Shown piece by piece: positions 25,701-38,052 of a stretch of DNA of 64,000 nt (positions are counted from its first letter, which is position 1; each line of letters starts with the position of its first letter). Made by a program: the position numbers and the translations under genes. The notes beneath the pieces are model-generated. The model worked only from the letters and a program-made list of their open reading frames with translations, was not told the origin of the DNA and did no database searches. The stretch comes from Tubulanus polymorphus (taxonomy: Eukaryota; Animalia; Nemertea): positions 248,001 to 312,000 of the forward strand of contig NC_134035.1 of the NCBI RefSeq assembly GCF_964204645.1, written 5' to 3'.

Positions 25701-28700
25701 TCTGATTGACCTACTCACTGAATACAGGGACAGCGTGGTGCTGTCGCTGTCTGATTGACCAACTCACTGAATACAGGGACAGCGTGGTGCTGTCGCTGTC
25801 TGATTGATCAACTCACTGAATACAGGGACAGCGTGGTGCTGTCGCTGTCTGATTGACCAACTCACTGAATACAGGGACAGCGTGGTGCTGTCGCTGTCTG
25901 ATTGATCAACTCACTGAATACAGGGACAGCGTGGTGCTGTCGCTGTCTGATTGACCAACTCATTGAATACAGGGACAGCGTGGTGCTGTCGCTGTCTGAT
26001 TGACCAACTCACTGAATACAGGGACAGCGTGGTGCTGTCGCTGTCTGATTGACCAACTCACTGAAAACTAGCCTTTTTAATTCTTCTTTTCTTTTGTCTT
26101 GTTATTTTTATAGGAACTTGAACAGTGTATTCGTGATAAAGACAGTTTAGTGACACCAGATATTTGCGCACGTATTTTACGTTATGTAATTCCCGATTCC
26201 AATATTCAGTAAGTAACAACCTCGAGTTCTCAGTAACAGTCTAAGAGTTCCTCGGAGGATCGCACCAGTTCTCATATCTATTTGACTTGGTTTGAGAGGT
26301 CATCGGGTGACCTCGTTAAGTCAGTTTTGCCTGATAGATGTTTTTAAACTTTAAATTAAAGGACCAGAATGAACTAGCTCAGTTGAATTAAAACATTGAT
26401 TTTTAATCCATTTTACATCGATACAGCGTAAAATGGATTAATAATCAGTCCTTTCTGGTTCGTAAAAGACATCAGGTATATACAACTACTGGAACTGACT
26501 GAGCTGGGTTACACGATGTTATCTGAAGCTTAGTTGAAATAGACATAAATGAATCTGTTGTAATCTGTGTATTAGATAAAATATAACAGTAATTCAATTA
26601 ATAGTATTATATATTCGAATGTAATACCGAACTGATTCAATATGAATTTCAATTTTTCCAGACATTAATTATATCTCTGAGTATCAGATCTTCGGTGTCA
26701 TTATTTATTCAACTGTTAATATAAACTGAATTAGTTCCGTATTCGCTGAGCAATTACAGCTGTATACAGAGGTCCGTCCGTAGAAATCTCATCAAAGATA
26801 ATCATTTCATATTTTGTTGTTGTTGCAGAATAACGAATTTCGAGTCGCATCTGACAAAGTTATTGAGCGAGAAACGTAAAGATTTGAATCCCCTAGCAAC
26901 GAAATCTTTTATTGAACTAACTGCTGAAGAGAAGGTGAGGTTGCTAATGGTTATGATACCCGCGGGATCCATCCCGGGGCTCTTTAACTAGTCCTATCAG
27001 ATCCCGGGGCTCTTTAACTAGTCCTATCGGAGCCCGGGGCTCTTTAACTAGTCCTATCGGAGCCCGCGGGTTCTTTAACTAGTCCTATCGGATCCCGGGG
27101 CTCTTTAACTAGTCCTATCAGATCCCGGGGCTCTTTAACTAGTCCTATCAGATCCCGGGGCTCTTTAACTAGTCCTATCGGAGCCCGGGGCTCTTTAACT
27201 AGTCCTATCGGAGCCCGCGGGTTCTTTAACTAGCCCTATCGGATCCCGGGCCTCTTTAACTAGTCCTATCGGATCCCGGGCCTCTTTAACTAGTCCTATC
27301 GGATCCCGGGCCTCTTTAACTAGTCCTATCGGATCCCGGGCCTCTTTAACTAGTCCTATCGGATCCCGGGCCTCTTTAACTAGTCCTGGGTCCCGCGGGT
27401 TCTTCCCTGATGATATTGTTCAATGTGAGCTGAGAGACACTGTCAACAGCCTCTTCCTACACTGTCAACAGCCTCTTCAACTGTGATTTAACTCCAGTGT
27501 ATTGTGTAGAGATACACCTGTGCCTAGTTCCACAATGAGATACTGGCACTGCTACTGTGGCAAGTGAGGATTCCAGTTTGTGATTAGTAAATCAATGTTC
27601 AGTGAAATCTATACCATACACTGAGTGTGAAAGTCAATCTTATATCTATTCGATGATTTGTTTGATAATATTTCGGATTCAGCAGCCTAAAAATCAAGTT
27701 CAAATTTCATCGAAAATTAACTAATTTTCATTACATTAATGCAGTGAATGATTGCGCCATCTGGTGAGTGCCGTTACCCGACTGGACGGAGGCGGCATTT
27801 GTCTGGATGAAGTTTATATGTTAGTTTGTGTTTTATTATAGGTTGATATATTGAAATGGTTAATAGAGTATACTTACGATGAGAAAGATGAAGATTTGGT
27901 TGATTCCGTTAATGACACGTGTCCCGCCACTGATGACATGGTTTGTATATACAAAATCCCCTCTCAAAAAACTTCTCCATTCCGCTAGATACCACTGATT
28001 TCGGACACATACTTAAAAGCCTATGATGAAAGGCGAGGATGGAGTCTCGATGATCTGATATTATTCATGCTGTGTATTTATATTTTTCAGCGAGCGATCA
28101 ATGCCGGACAGGACGCTGCAGGAAATACTTACTGGTATTTTGATGGTAAGAGTTACTGTGAATTTGTGCAAATCGACTGGAAATTTTCCATTTCTTCACA
28201 AGCTTGAACTAATGCAGGCCATGGAACTGGAAATGTACAAACACGGGGCTGAGGCGAAGGGTCGAGATAGTACCCAATTCTCCATATGCATATAATGTTT
28301 GTGAACATTGGATGGAGATGATTGAAAAATGCCACATTCATCACTATAAACTGGTTGTCTAGATATAAATTCTGACTGCAACAAATCCTTGGTTTGATCA
28401 CCATTAACAAACACTCGCATGTCTATATTATAAAATAATATAGAACTCCAAAATTGTCAGAATTGTTTCCCTTCCTTCAGCTAATATTTGATTCGACGTT
28501 TTGGTTATATCCTAAAAGTCATCATCATCATAAATACTTTTTACCCATCATCCAGCAGATTGGAGGGATATTATCGTCACCTTCGTCCATCCGGGCGAGC
28601 GGGCGGGCGGGCGGGCCAGTGGTAGGACGTCTAAGAGAATACTGCTCCTATCAAACAGTATTGTATCCATATCTAGTTTTACATCGAGCCTTGGTTTAGT

Positions 28701-31700
28701 AAATCTGGTTCGAGTACTCAGTAATGTAGGGATATTTTATCTTGCACAGATTTGAGATTATACAAAGAGATCGCCAGTAAGAAACTGATCACTCGTAAGG
28801 AATGGGAATGTTGTTGCGTAACGTTGAAAGATTGGATCGATTTGTTGGGTAAATATCGCGCGGTGACGAACGCCCAGGAACGAGAACTATTCGAATTCTT
28901 AAACAACGAAATTTTCCCCATCATTCAAGTGCAATTGCAGGTAAGTTCAGTATCGGGCTGAGCAGAGTTTAGATTAAAAAATCAACTCCTGAATTGAAGT
29001 GATGAATAAGTTTAATAAAACTCGTGAATCCGTTTAGGAGGAAATCAAAGCTGCCAACTGTTCCTGATTCCTGAAGTCTTACTGTTGATTACTGATTAAT
29101 TTGAACAGAAATATGAAAGATGTTACTGAGGGTCTTAGTGTTGATTACTGATTAATTTGAACAGAAATATGAAAGATGTTACTGAGGGTCTTAGTGTTGA
29201 TTACTGATTAATGTGAACATTTTCTTTCTTTTTTCAATGAAATGTAAGTGAAAAAATTCAATTAGTTACTAACGTTGGCAGCCCTGGTTTATCCTTTTTT
29301 GAAACAGGACCCTGAGTTTTAGAGGTTAACCCTTCTCTGGATCTGGTGTTTCTCAACTTGCAATTATTTTCTATTTTACAGAAAATCGAGAAAGGTGAAT
29401 TTCTGTCACCTGTGAATCAGGATTTAGACAATGCTGTGATTTTACAAAAAGAACTCTCCGATTCAAACAATACCGGATTATCATTGTTATTATCGGATAA
29501 AGTTGCCACGACGACATCGACAACCGGAGCGACAGCGGGGAGTGATATGGTGCTGAAATCGGAACCGGGACTCGAGACAGTTAACGGTGGTTCAAAGGAG
29601 AATGATACAGGTGGCGCTAGTGGTATTCTGAATGACGAAATTGGTGCTAATATTATCAATATTAAACATGAAGGTAAAATGACTAAAACACTTTTTGTAG
29701 TTTTACATTTATAAGATATTTTGCAGTTTTGGGTTTGTAGGTTTCAGTGTGGGGTTTGTAGTGGGGAGAGGGAGACCAAGAGTGGGAGGAAAGTAAGGGA
29801 GAGACTGGCAGGGTACGGAGTGGAGTGGAAGGAAAAGGGATTTGTATCTAATAGTGATTATTTCTGGTTTTGTTTTTAAGGTGATATCAAACAAGAGATA
29901 AAGTCTGAGTTAGACGGTCAGCAGACGGATATGACTGGTTTTAATGGAACTATGAGCGGTGAGTTTTAGGAACTGATTTGTCTCCTCGTTGAGGAAATCA
30001 CAGTGGACCCTCCTTTATACAAAGGAACATCGTTGATACAGTGGAACCTCAATAATACAAACCTCGTGGGCATACGTGAAATTTTAATTTGTGTAACTTT
30101 TCAGGTGATAAAGATAAAACACATATAAGCGGACAGATAGGAATAGGGACGACCCCTAATCAACGTTGTTCTCAGCAGGCGGAGAATTCAAGCCATTTCA
30201 TGCAGCAGCACAGTCAGATATTCGTATTCTCGACTGCGTTAGCGAATAAAGCGGCTGATTCTATACTGAGACGTCAGTGTAAATCTCTCATACAATATCA
30301 CCTCGATCAACCGCAAACAAAGGCTTTCTTACAGGTAAATAAATATTGCCATTTCATCAATGTTTGAAATTTGTAAATATGGGCGTACTCTTTTATGACC
30401 TCCGAAGTCTCCATCCGAAATCTCCGGTTGGCTCCACACAAAATCCGAATCACACCACCTCAACAGAAAGGAGGTTTCGGAGACTCCACAATGCCACGTG
30501 ACCAATTAGAGAGTACGATTGGAGGCAGACGGATTCTCCAATCTGATAAAAGAGTTCGCCCTATGAATTTAATCACGCTCACTGTCATCGCCTAAGTTTG
30601 ACTCTTAAGTTACTTCATTTCAACGGATATTTACTGAGAAGTTGGCCTTGTGAAAACTTTAAACTTAAAAATTTTGTGTTTCAATGAATACATGATGCCA
30701 CAGCCACTCAGAGACTATTCCTGCAATATTTCACGCGATTGATGGCATTACAATGTTGTACAGAATACTGTACATTGGGTCTCAGCAGTGTTAGATGTGC
30801 TTCCTGTGAATGTGAACTCATTTCTAGAATTGTACCGAGGGCCGTAGAGGCTATAGCCAATCTCTTAGACTTTTCGACTGAAGTAACGTCTGTAGAACTG
30901 GATCCTGGTGCTTGTATTACCTGCCTAAATGTAGTACATTCTAATTACTCAAACTTTATACCAATTGTCACAAAGTGTGAACTATTTCTATCTTTCTCTC
31001 GAGATGACAGAAAAAATATTCATTTCATTACAGAAAAACCCGATGAATGTGAAAATGAACCAATTTAACCAACACCAACAGAGATCTCAGGGTTTCGCGA
31101 CGATGTACAGCGGTAACATGCAGAAACCAACCGGTCCTCCGGGTCAGGGACAATTTAGACCCAGTATGGATTCAAACAATACGGTCGCGCAGTGGGTCGA
31201 TCAACAAAACATGAACTTACAACAAGCGGGAATAAACCCGATGGGCGGAGGAGGTCCCGGACCTTATAACGGCCCGCCGACACAGCATAATCAAGGATTT
31301 CCGCAACAAAGTCCGAACGTTAATATGGGAACCTGGCAACAGCAACAGAACGCGATGATGCATCCGATGATGCAACACGGGAATCCCGGGTTTAATCCGA
31401 ATAACGCTTGCCTACCGATGGGTGTTAGTCCGCATAATCTATCTCATACTAAAGTTCCTAATGAGAATCTTACGCCGGAACAATTACAACGAAGAGAAGA
31501 ACACCTAGCGAGTCTACGCAAAATACAACAGATGTTGTTTCCCGAACAGGCCGGAGGTGACGGTCAGCCGATGAATGTACCGATGGGTAGCCCCGGAGGA
31601 GGTATGCCCGGTATGCCTCCCGGCGCTATGCAACACAATCCCAACATGCAGATGCACATGCTGCAGCATAAAATGATGGGTCAACGCGGTATGAGTCCGA

Positions 31701-34700
31701 ACTATATGGGCCCCGGTGGTCCGCAAGGTCCGCCTGGTCCGCGAATGATGGGTCCATCCCCTCACGGTATGATGTCCCCTCAGCCGATATCTCAAGCCGA
31801 TTTACAGAATATGACGCCGAATCAACGCGAGTGGTACCGGTTACAGTGCGAGTACTACGACGAAAAACGCCGTCAACAGCATCAACAAATGAACGCGATG
31901 CGCATGCAAGGACCGGGTCCGGGCCCGACGGGGCAGGGTCCGGGGCACGGCCCGCCGCCCTCGTACTCGTATTCGTTAGCCCAGAAACGTCACGTGATGC
32001 CCGGTCAGTTGCCATCGCCGACGTCACCGGGTTTTAACGGTCCGATTCCTTCTCCACATTTACAGCCATCACCGAATCCACCTGAACTGATGCAGCAGTA
32101 TCCCGCACCTCCAACATCTGGCGGCCAGAAACGACCTGCTGAGAACTATATCGGTCCTGGTGGTGGTCCGGGTGGTGGTGGTGCTAATGTAGGGGGCAAT
32201 GGTTACGATCCTATGATGAACCTTAACAATATGGGTCAATTTGGCAGCAATGATCCAAATTTAATGCAACAGCAGCAACGTGGTCAGCCTGGATTACAAG
32301 GGCCAGGAGGTCAGCCTGGATTACACGGTCCGAGTGGTCAACTAGGATTACATGGTCCAGGTGGTCAGCCAGGAATACACGGGCCAGGTGGTCAGCCGGG
32401 AATACACGGGCCAGGCGGTCAACCAGGAATACACGGGCCAGGCGGTCAGCAAGGACTTCATGGCCCAGGTGGTCAGTCTGGTTTACATGGTCCAGGTGGC
32501 CAGCCAGGATTGCCAGGCCCAGGTGGTCAGCCAGGATTACCGGGCCCAGGTGGTCAACCAGGATTACAGGGCCCAGGTGGTCAACCTGGTTTACATGGTC
32601 CAGGCGTCCAGCCAGGATTACCGGGCCCAGGTGGTCAGCCAGGATTACCGGGTCCAGGTGGTCAGCCAGGATTACCTGGCCCAGGCAGTCAGCCAGGGTT
32701 CCATGGCCCAGGTGGTCAGCCAGGGTTCCATGGCCCAGATGGTCAGCCAGGATTACACGGCCCAGGTGGACAACCAGGATTACATGGCCCAGGTGGACAA
32801 CCAGGATTACAAGGCCCAGGTGGACAACCAGGATTACACGGCCCAGGTGGTCAGCCAGGATTACACGGCTCAGGTGGTCAGCCAGGATTACACGGCCCAG
32901 GGGGTGATGTTTTTATTCAGAAAGCGCAAAGTCCAGAACAATTTCTCGATTCGTCGTCAGGTGGGGCCGCTAAACCTCCGCCTAGTTACGGGCAGGCGAC
33001 AAAACGACGAAAAGTGGATAACGGACAAATGGACGATATTTATAAACAATTACAACCGACACCTTCCCCTCAACAGATAAACTATTTAACTCAGTTCGAG
33101 GGCCAGGAATTAACGATTACTAAACAAGCAAATTTAGCATATCATGACAACCAGGGGGCGCTGGGGGCGGCTAATGATTCGAGTCTTCCATCACAGAAAA
33201 CTACATCGTCGCAACCGGGCACCCCGGCAACGCCTCAACAACACAACAATAACAACAACAATACCGTTACCACGCCGACTTCAACGATCAATCAGAGTCC
33301 GATAGGACAGCAATCGACCAATCAGATGCCGCCGAGTCCGTTCTCACCGGGTATCGTACAACAGAGAGGACTGTCAACCGTGGCAACCGGCGCTAACGCT
33401 TCGAATAATAGTAAAAACACGGGCGCAGCGAGACCGCAGCCGAGTCCGATGTCTCACAGCGGCCAGATGGCGTCACCTCACACGCCGAACCCGGTACCTT
33501 CTCGTACTACGCAGCAACCCGGTACTCCGCTTACAACAATACCCGTTAAATCACCGTTATCGACTCATAGTCAAAAATCAATATCGAGTCCGTTACCGAT
33601 CAGTCAGAAACGACTGAGTACCGACTCTAACGCGACTACGACGAGTCAATCAAATCAGATCATCGTTAATTCTCCTTCCGTCGGCGCCACTCAACGATTA
33701 ACTCACTTCGATCCGCCGTCGTTAACAACGACGACCAGTTCGACTAACGCGTGTGTGTCCAACAGTAAACCGGCTACTCCGACTACGGGCAAGAGCGCCA
33801 CCATGTCGAATATAACATCGGCGAGTCTCGCTAATCTCGCGAAGGGCGTCGAACATCTGTCGAATCAGATGCAACAGAACATGCTACAAGGCGGTCCGTT
33901 TCATAACATACAAATACAGAGTCAAGTGTCCGATTCTAAAAATAACGGTTCACCGCAAACATCGTCGCAACATAGCATCCATCAACAATCACCGCAAGCA
34001 GCGCCGACTAGTGTCGCTCCGCATAGTAATAATAGTAATAATTCGAATCAACCTCCGAGTGTTAATAATACGTTCGTTAACGCGACAATGTCGATTCAAC
34101 AACTCAACATTCAAAGTGTCAATAACCCGGCAATGGGCGGGGCTAATATGCAAATACAACAGGCGAGTATGGAACAACAACAACAACAGCAACAACAGAC
34201 AGGTGGCGCTGTGAATATACCGGGTGGTATGTCCGGACAGATGATGAATCAGTCCATGAGCGGACAGACGATGCAACAGCACAGTCTGCAGAACTGTAAT
34301 ATACCACCACCAGGTGGCGCTCCTCGGATACATAATCAATCGCATCCTAACATGCCTCCCGGTATGCAAAATATGAATATACCTCCGGGAATGCACAGCC
34401 AACCGGGCATGGGTCCCGGTGGTGCGGGAATCAGTCCCGCCATGTCGATGAATCAACCCGGAATGAACCATTCGATGTCGATGTCCCAGAGTCAAACAAT
34501 GGGTAATAATTCGGCTGCAATGTTTCAAAATCAACAGCAGCAACAGCAAGCAGCTGCAGCTGCGCAGTTTCAGCACCAGCAACAACAACAGCAACACGGA
34601 CCGCTTCCATCGATGGCGTCAATGGCTTCGAGTATGCAGCAGCAGCAGCAGCAGCAGCAGACGACAGTATCGAGTTCTAGTTCTAATTCAGCCGCTGCAT

Positions 34701-35593
34701 CAACCTCTCGTACGTCTGGTAGTGTTAAACCTATCACTAACGCTAACGTTCAAATACAAGCTAAAGCACCGAATACGATACAATATTTACCGGCGAATCC
34801 ACCAGTTTCACAACCAACGCGATTCCCGCCTAAATTACCCGATTTCGCCGACATCAATCGATATCCGGCTCCGTTAGAAGGTAAAATGGCCGCTGCGCGC
34901 ATGCAGTACTTCCCGCCGAATAACGACATGCCCCAAGGCCCCGGTCCAGGTATGGGTAATATGGGCCCGCACATGTCCATGTCTTCGCCCGATCAAGTGA
35001 TGAGTCCTCAACAGCAGATGATGATGAGTCAAGGACACCAGCCTCGTTCTCAAATGTATCCCGGTAACATGCAGCCGGGGATTCCCCCGCACGGGATGTA
35101 CGACAACATGCATAATATGCCGACGCAACATTACGGTAACCATGGTAATGCGGGAATGATGCCGCAAGGTCCGTGCGGACATCCTCACGGGCAACATATG
35201 ATGGGCGGCCCGGGGGATTACCCCCCGCACGGTGGACAAATGGACGCTTTAATGAATTCTCAATCGCCGACCATGATGGGTGGGCCGGGACACGGGCCTC
35301 CTATGGGGCACAGTCAAAATCCTCATGGGCACATGATGCACGGACAGCATATGCAGCAGATGCAGGCCCAACAGATGTCGATGCAGGGCCCGGGTATGGG
35401 TATGCACCACGGTCACGGCGGTATGGGCGCACCGGTTGACGGTCAGGGCTATCTACGACCACCGCCTCAGCAGAATTACAGCATGCAGTATCAACAGTTT
35501 CAACAACAGCTTTACTCGCAGGGCCGACCGAGACATCCGGGTATGGGTAACATGGGCATGAATCAGAATCCTCAATTCCCGGGTATGATGTAG
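22798..35593 (+). CDS. BCL9: BCL9/Legless homologue with an N-terminal DDT-WHIM (CECR2/RSF1-like) module, 11 coding exons, ~1958 aa
   Basis: Exons 22798-22867, 24275-24375, 26114-26208, 26829-26934, 27842-27940, 28091-28145, 28750-28940, 29382-29673, 29881-29958, 30105-30334 and 31034-35593 splice in frame (5877 nt). HD1 IFVFSTALANKAADSIL...LIQYH, HD2 NENLTPEQLQRREEHLASLRKIQQMLF, HD3 QREWYRLQCEYYDEKRR. The BCL9 identity of 30105-35593 is very secure. The start codon and the link to the DDT exons are inferred. Confidence 0.8.
23362..23590. repeat. 19-bp minisatellite, ~12 copies
   Basis: Unit CCGCTATTAGAGAGGTYGT. Confidence 0.95.
24275..28940 (+). CDS. DDT + WHIM1 + WHIM2/3 (WSD) module exons, CECR2/RSF1-like ISWI-binding region
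   Basis: Spliced translation: LDAMLDLPYLMHFLHIHRPKFKFIKLTIRELEQCIRDKDSLVTPDICARILRYVIPDSNIQITNFESHLTKLLSEKRKDLNPLATKSFIELTAEEKVDILKWLIEYTYD...MRAINAGQDAAGNTYWYFDDLRLYKEIA...EWECCCVTLKDWIDLLGKYRAVTNAQERELFEFLNNEIFPII. It contains NPL-x4-F-x2-L-x4-K-V-x-IL-x2-L (WHIM1), G-x-D-x2-G-x2-YWYF-x3-RLYKE (WHIM2) and W-x-x-C-x-x-T-L-x-DW (WHIM3), in the CECR2 order. Confidence 0.82.
25048..25176. mobile_element. MITE with GGCCCAGTTTCAC TIRs and CTG target duplication
   Basis: CTG|GGCCCAGTTTCAC...GTGAAACTGGGCC|CTG. Confidence 0.75.
25633..26065. repeat. 49-bp minisatellite, ~9 copies
   Basis: Unit CAGCGTGGTGCTGTCGCTGTCTGATTGACCAACTCACTGAATACAGGGA. Confidence 0.95.
26971..27388. repeat. 30-bp minisatellite, ~14 copies
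   Basis: Unit ATCCCGGGGCTCTTTAACTAGTCCTATCGG. Confidence 0.95.
30218..30306 (+). other. BCL9 homology domain 1 (Pygopus PHD-binding)
   Basis: IFVFSTALANKAADSILRRQCKSLIQYHL resembles vertebrate VYVFSTEMANKAAEAVLKGQVETIVSFH. Confidence 0.9.
31451..31546 (+). other. BCL9 homology domain 2 (beta-catenin-binding helix)
   Basis: KVPNENLTPEQLQRREEHLASLRKIQQMLFPE resembles vertebrate NPDGLSQEQLEHRERSLQTLRDIQRMLF. Confidence 0.92.
32282..32902 (+). repeat. Coding 27-bp tandem repeat, 23 copies, consensus GQPGLHGPG
   Basis: Lies in the long BCL9 exon, in frame, with many synonymous differences between copies. Confidence 0.92.
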
Positions 35594-38008
35594 AAACAGC
35601 AGAATATTCATATCAACCACTTAAAAGAACCACCTGATATTTTGGGTAGGTGTCACTGGTCTGTTGCTCAATTTCTATTGAATTTTTTTGATGAAATGGT
35701 AAAAAAGGTAAAAATATTGTCAAAATAATTGAACACCATTTGTGTGAAATACGAATGGATATTTGTACGTATATGTGCTAAAAATCCTGTGCTCTGATTG
35801 GTTTAGTCAATCAGTACAGAACACTTTGCCATTACTCGGTTAGAATTAGAACCGAGTTGAATAAGAAACTGAACCCGATTCGACGGTTCTATTTTAAGTT
35901 CGACTTTGGAAGTGAAATAAGTTTGTTTCAAATGTTTTAACCCTAGAGTCAAACTGTATCGGAGAACTGTTTAATCGAGTCCTCAGTTTCACATTCACAG
36001 GCAACAGAAAATGTGAACGAATAGTTTTACCGTTTTGGGATGAGTTTAGTTTTTAACGGAAAGAAAACTTCATATCAACGCTACCGACTCGGTCGGTTCT
36101 GGATCGGAGTCTATTCTTATCAACTGAAACGTGTTTGATCTTGTGAATTTTTGGGAAGTGTTCACTGTGTAAATAGATCTACATAGAGATTTAGAATTTA
36201 GAATACGAAGGGCTTTAATTAAATAGTGCGTATTTCTATAAAGATAACTTTGTTACGTAAAAGCCCAGGGGGTCAGTTTCTATACGGAAACCAGTTTTAA
36301 GTAAATACCACTGAAGTGAACCGTGAAATTGTATTTTTGTTGTAATATTACTGGTTTCATGAATAACGCCTTGATTGAGATTGACACAGTTTTTTCTAGC
36401 GCCTCAGGTTTGACTGGTTAGTCTGTATTATATAGACTGCTAGAATTCTCATTTAAAACATGACAAGTAGTACGTGAGTGACTGAGAGAGTGTGTGTGAA
36501 TAAGCGTGTATAATGTAGAGTGATTGCTGGACAATGATGCTCTTTACAAACTGTTTAAATTACAATGATATGAGTAGAATTATGACACTGATTGTGACGG
36601 TCACAATATTTGAATCATGTATGACATTTATGTAAAGTTTTTGTCATTGTTTATTTCTGTGTAGTAAATGTAGTCTTAAGTTTGTCGCGACAGATCAGTT
36701 TCGTTTGTTTCGAAGTTTCATATCAATCGTATCTTCGCAAATTCAGTATGAATTATTTAGTTCATATTCGTAACTTCAGTTATTTTCAAAGACCAGTTTT
36801 GAATTTCAAGTTAACTGATATCGACGCGAAAATGAAATCGATTTCATGAGTTACGATTTTGATCTTTCTTGCTTGTAGAATTGAACAAAAAAATATCGAA
36901 TAATTGATAAGAATTCAGTGTTCTCCATATGCTGGGATTTTAAAGGTGCTTTCAATCCACCCAAAAAATACAAACAATTTAAGCTTAATTTTGGTGTGAT
37001 CTTCTATTTTTCACATTAGCTCAATATATTTCGAAGCAATTATCAGCATAAGTAGAATATTAAAATCCACTCTGGTAGTGGCAGAAGATATTTTATAAGG
37101 AGTGGCTTATTTTCAGAGGGGTGGATGTGAAAATGAAATGGTTGGTCGCCCCTCTAAAACATGTTGTGGAGAACACTGGATTTTGTCGTGTGTACATCTT
37201 CAGTTAGGCAGTCGTTCACTGTTCTTTTGTTTATGCACAAATATCAATGATTAAACCTCAATTATTAATCATTATTATTGATATTATTACTATTAGTTAC
37301 TTAATTATTGTATGCGAATTTGTGATTTATTTGGGCTTCCATTTCACTTGATTCAGAACCACGCGTAAAATGTTTAACAGTCGTCGTCGTTATTTTTAAG
37401 AATGACTAAATCATCAGTGATTGGAAGACAAGTTTTTGAATGGTCACTGAATTTTTAAAACTTGTTGTTGAAGTATTATTTGAACCATTGAAGTTCTGAT
37501 TCTATGGTTGTAGTGAAGTGTTTTTTTACACATTCAGTTGATTTTACTCAAAGCTGAAGGAATGTCTAATCCAGGGGTGTTTTCTGGAAAAGGGTATTTA
37601 ATTTTTCCTGTCTAAAAGCTACCACTGCATGACCCTGGGATCATGCTCCTGTTGTGATAGGTTCCACAGGTGCGACTTAAATTTTACTCTTTGAATTTTT
37701 GAAAAATTGGAAGAAAATTCTGGCCCCAACTATGCATATCACAGTTCCTCCATTTTGTGCGGCTACTACGGATTTCGTCAAAAAGTAAAAAATTTGTAAT
37801 ATTTCTGAAACATTTTGTTCATTCGTTTTCAATGATTTTGTAATATTTTTTTTTTTTACTCGTTTCACTCTGTGCTGATGTCTGAACTTTTTCACAATGA
37901 TTGTATAAATAGAATGTAGCCACACGAGGTTGTATTATAAATGATAAACACGTAGTTAAAGCTTATATTAAACATATAACCTCCTTCTCATCCTCGTCCT
38001 TCTCTTGT

Positions 38009-38052
<44 letters not shown>

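Noticed and set aside
5620-27388. Regular arrays that might be taken for CRISPR arrays
   Set aside because: Units are contiguous with no unique spacers, there are no cas genes, and the context is eukaryotic introns.
30965-31033. N-terminus of the 1542-aa ORF taken as the true start
   Set aside because: This part is intronic. The acceptor CATTACAG at 31033 joins the HD1 exon in phase 0.
32352-33080. 242-aa alternative-frame ORF and antisense ORFs across 31514-35439
   Set aside because: Shadow frames of the repetitive, GC-rich BCL9 exon.
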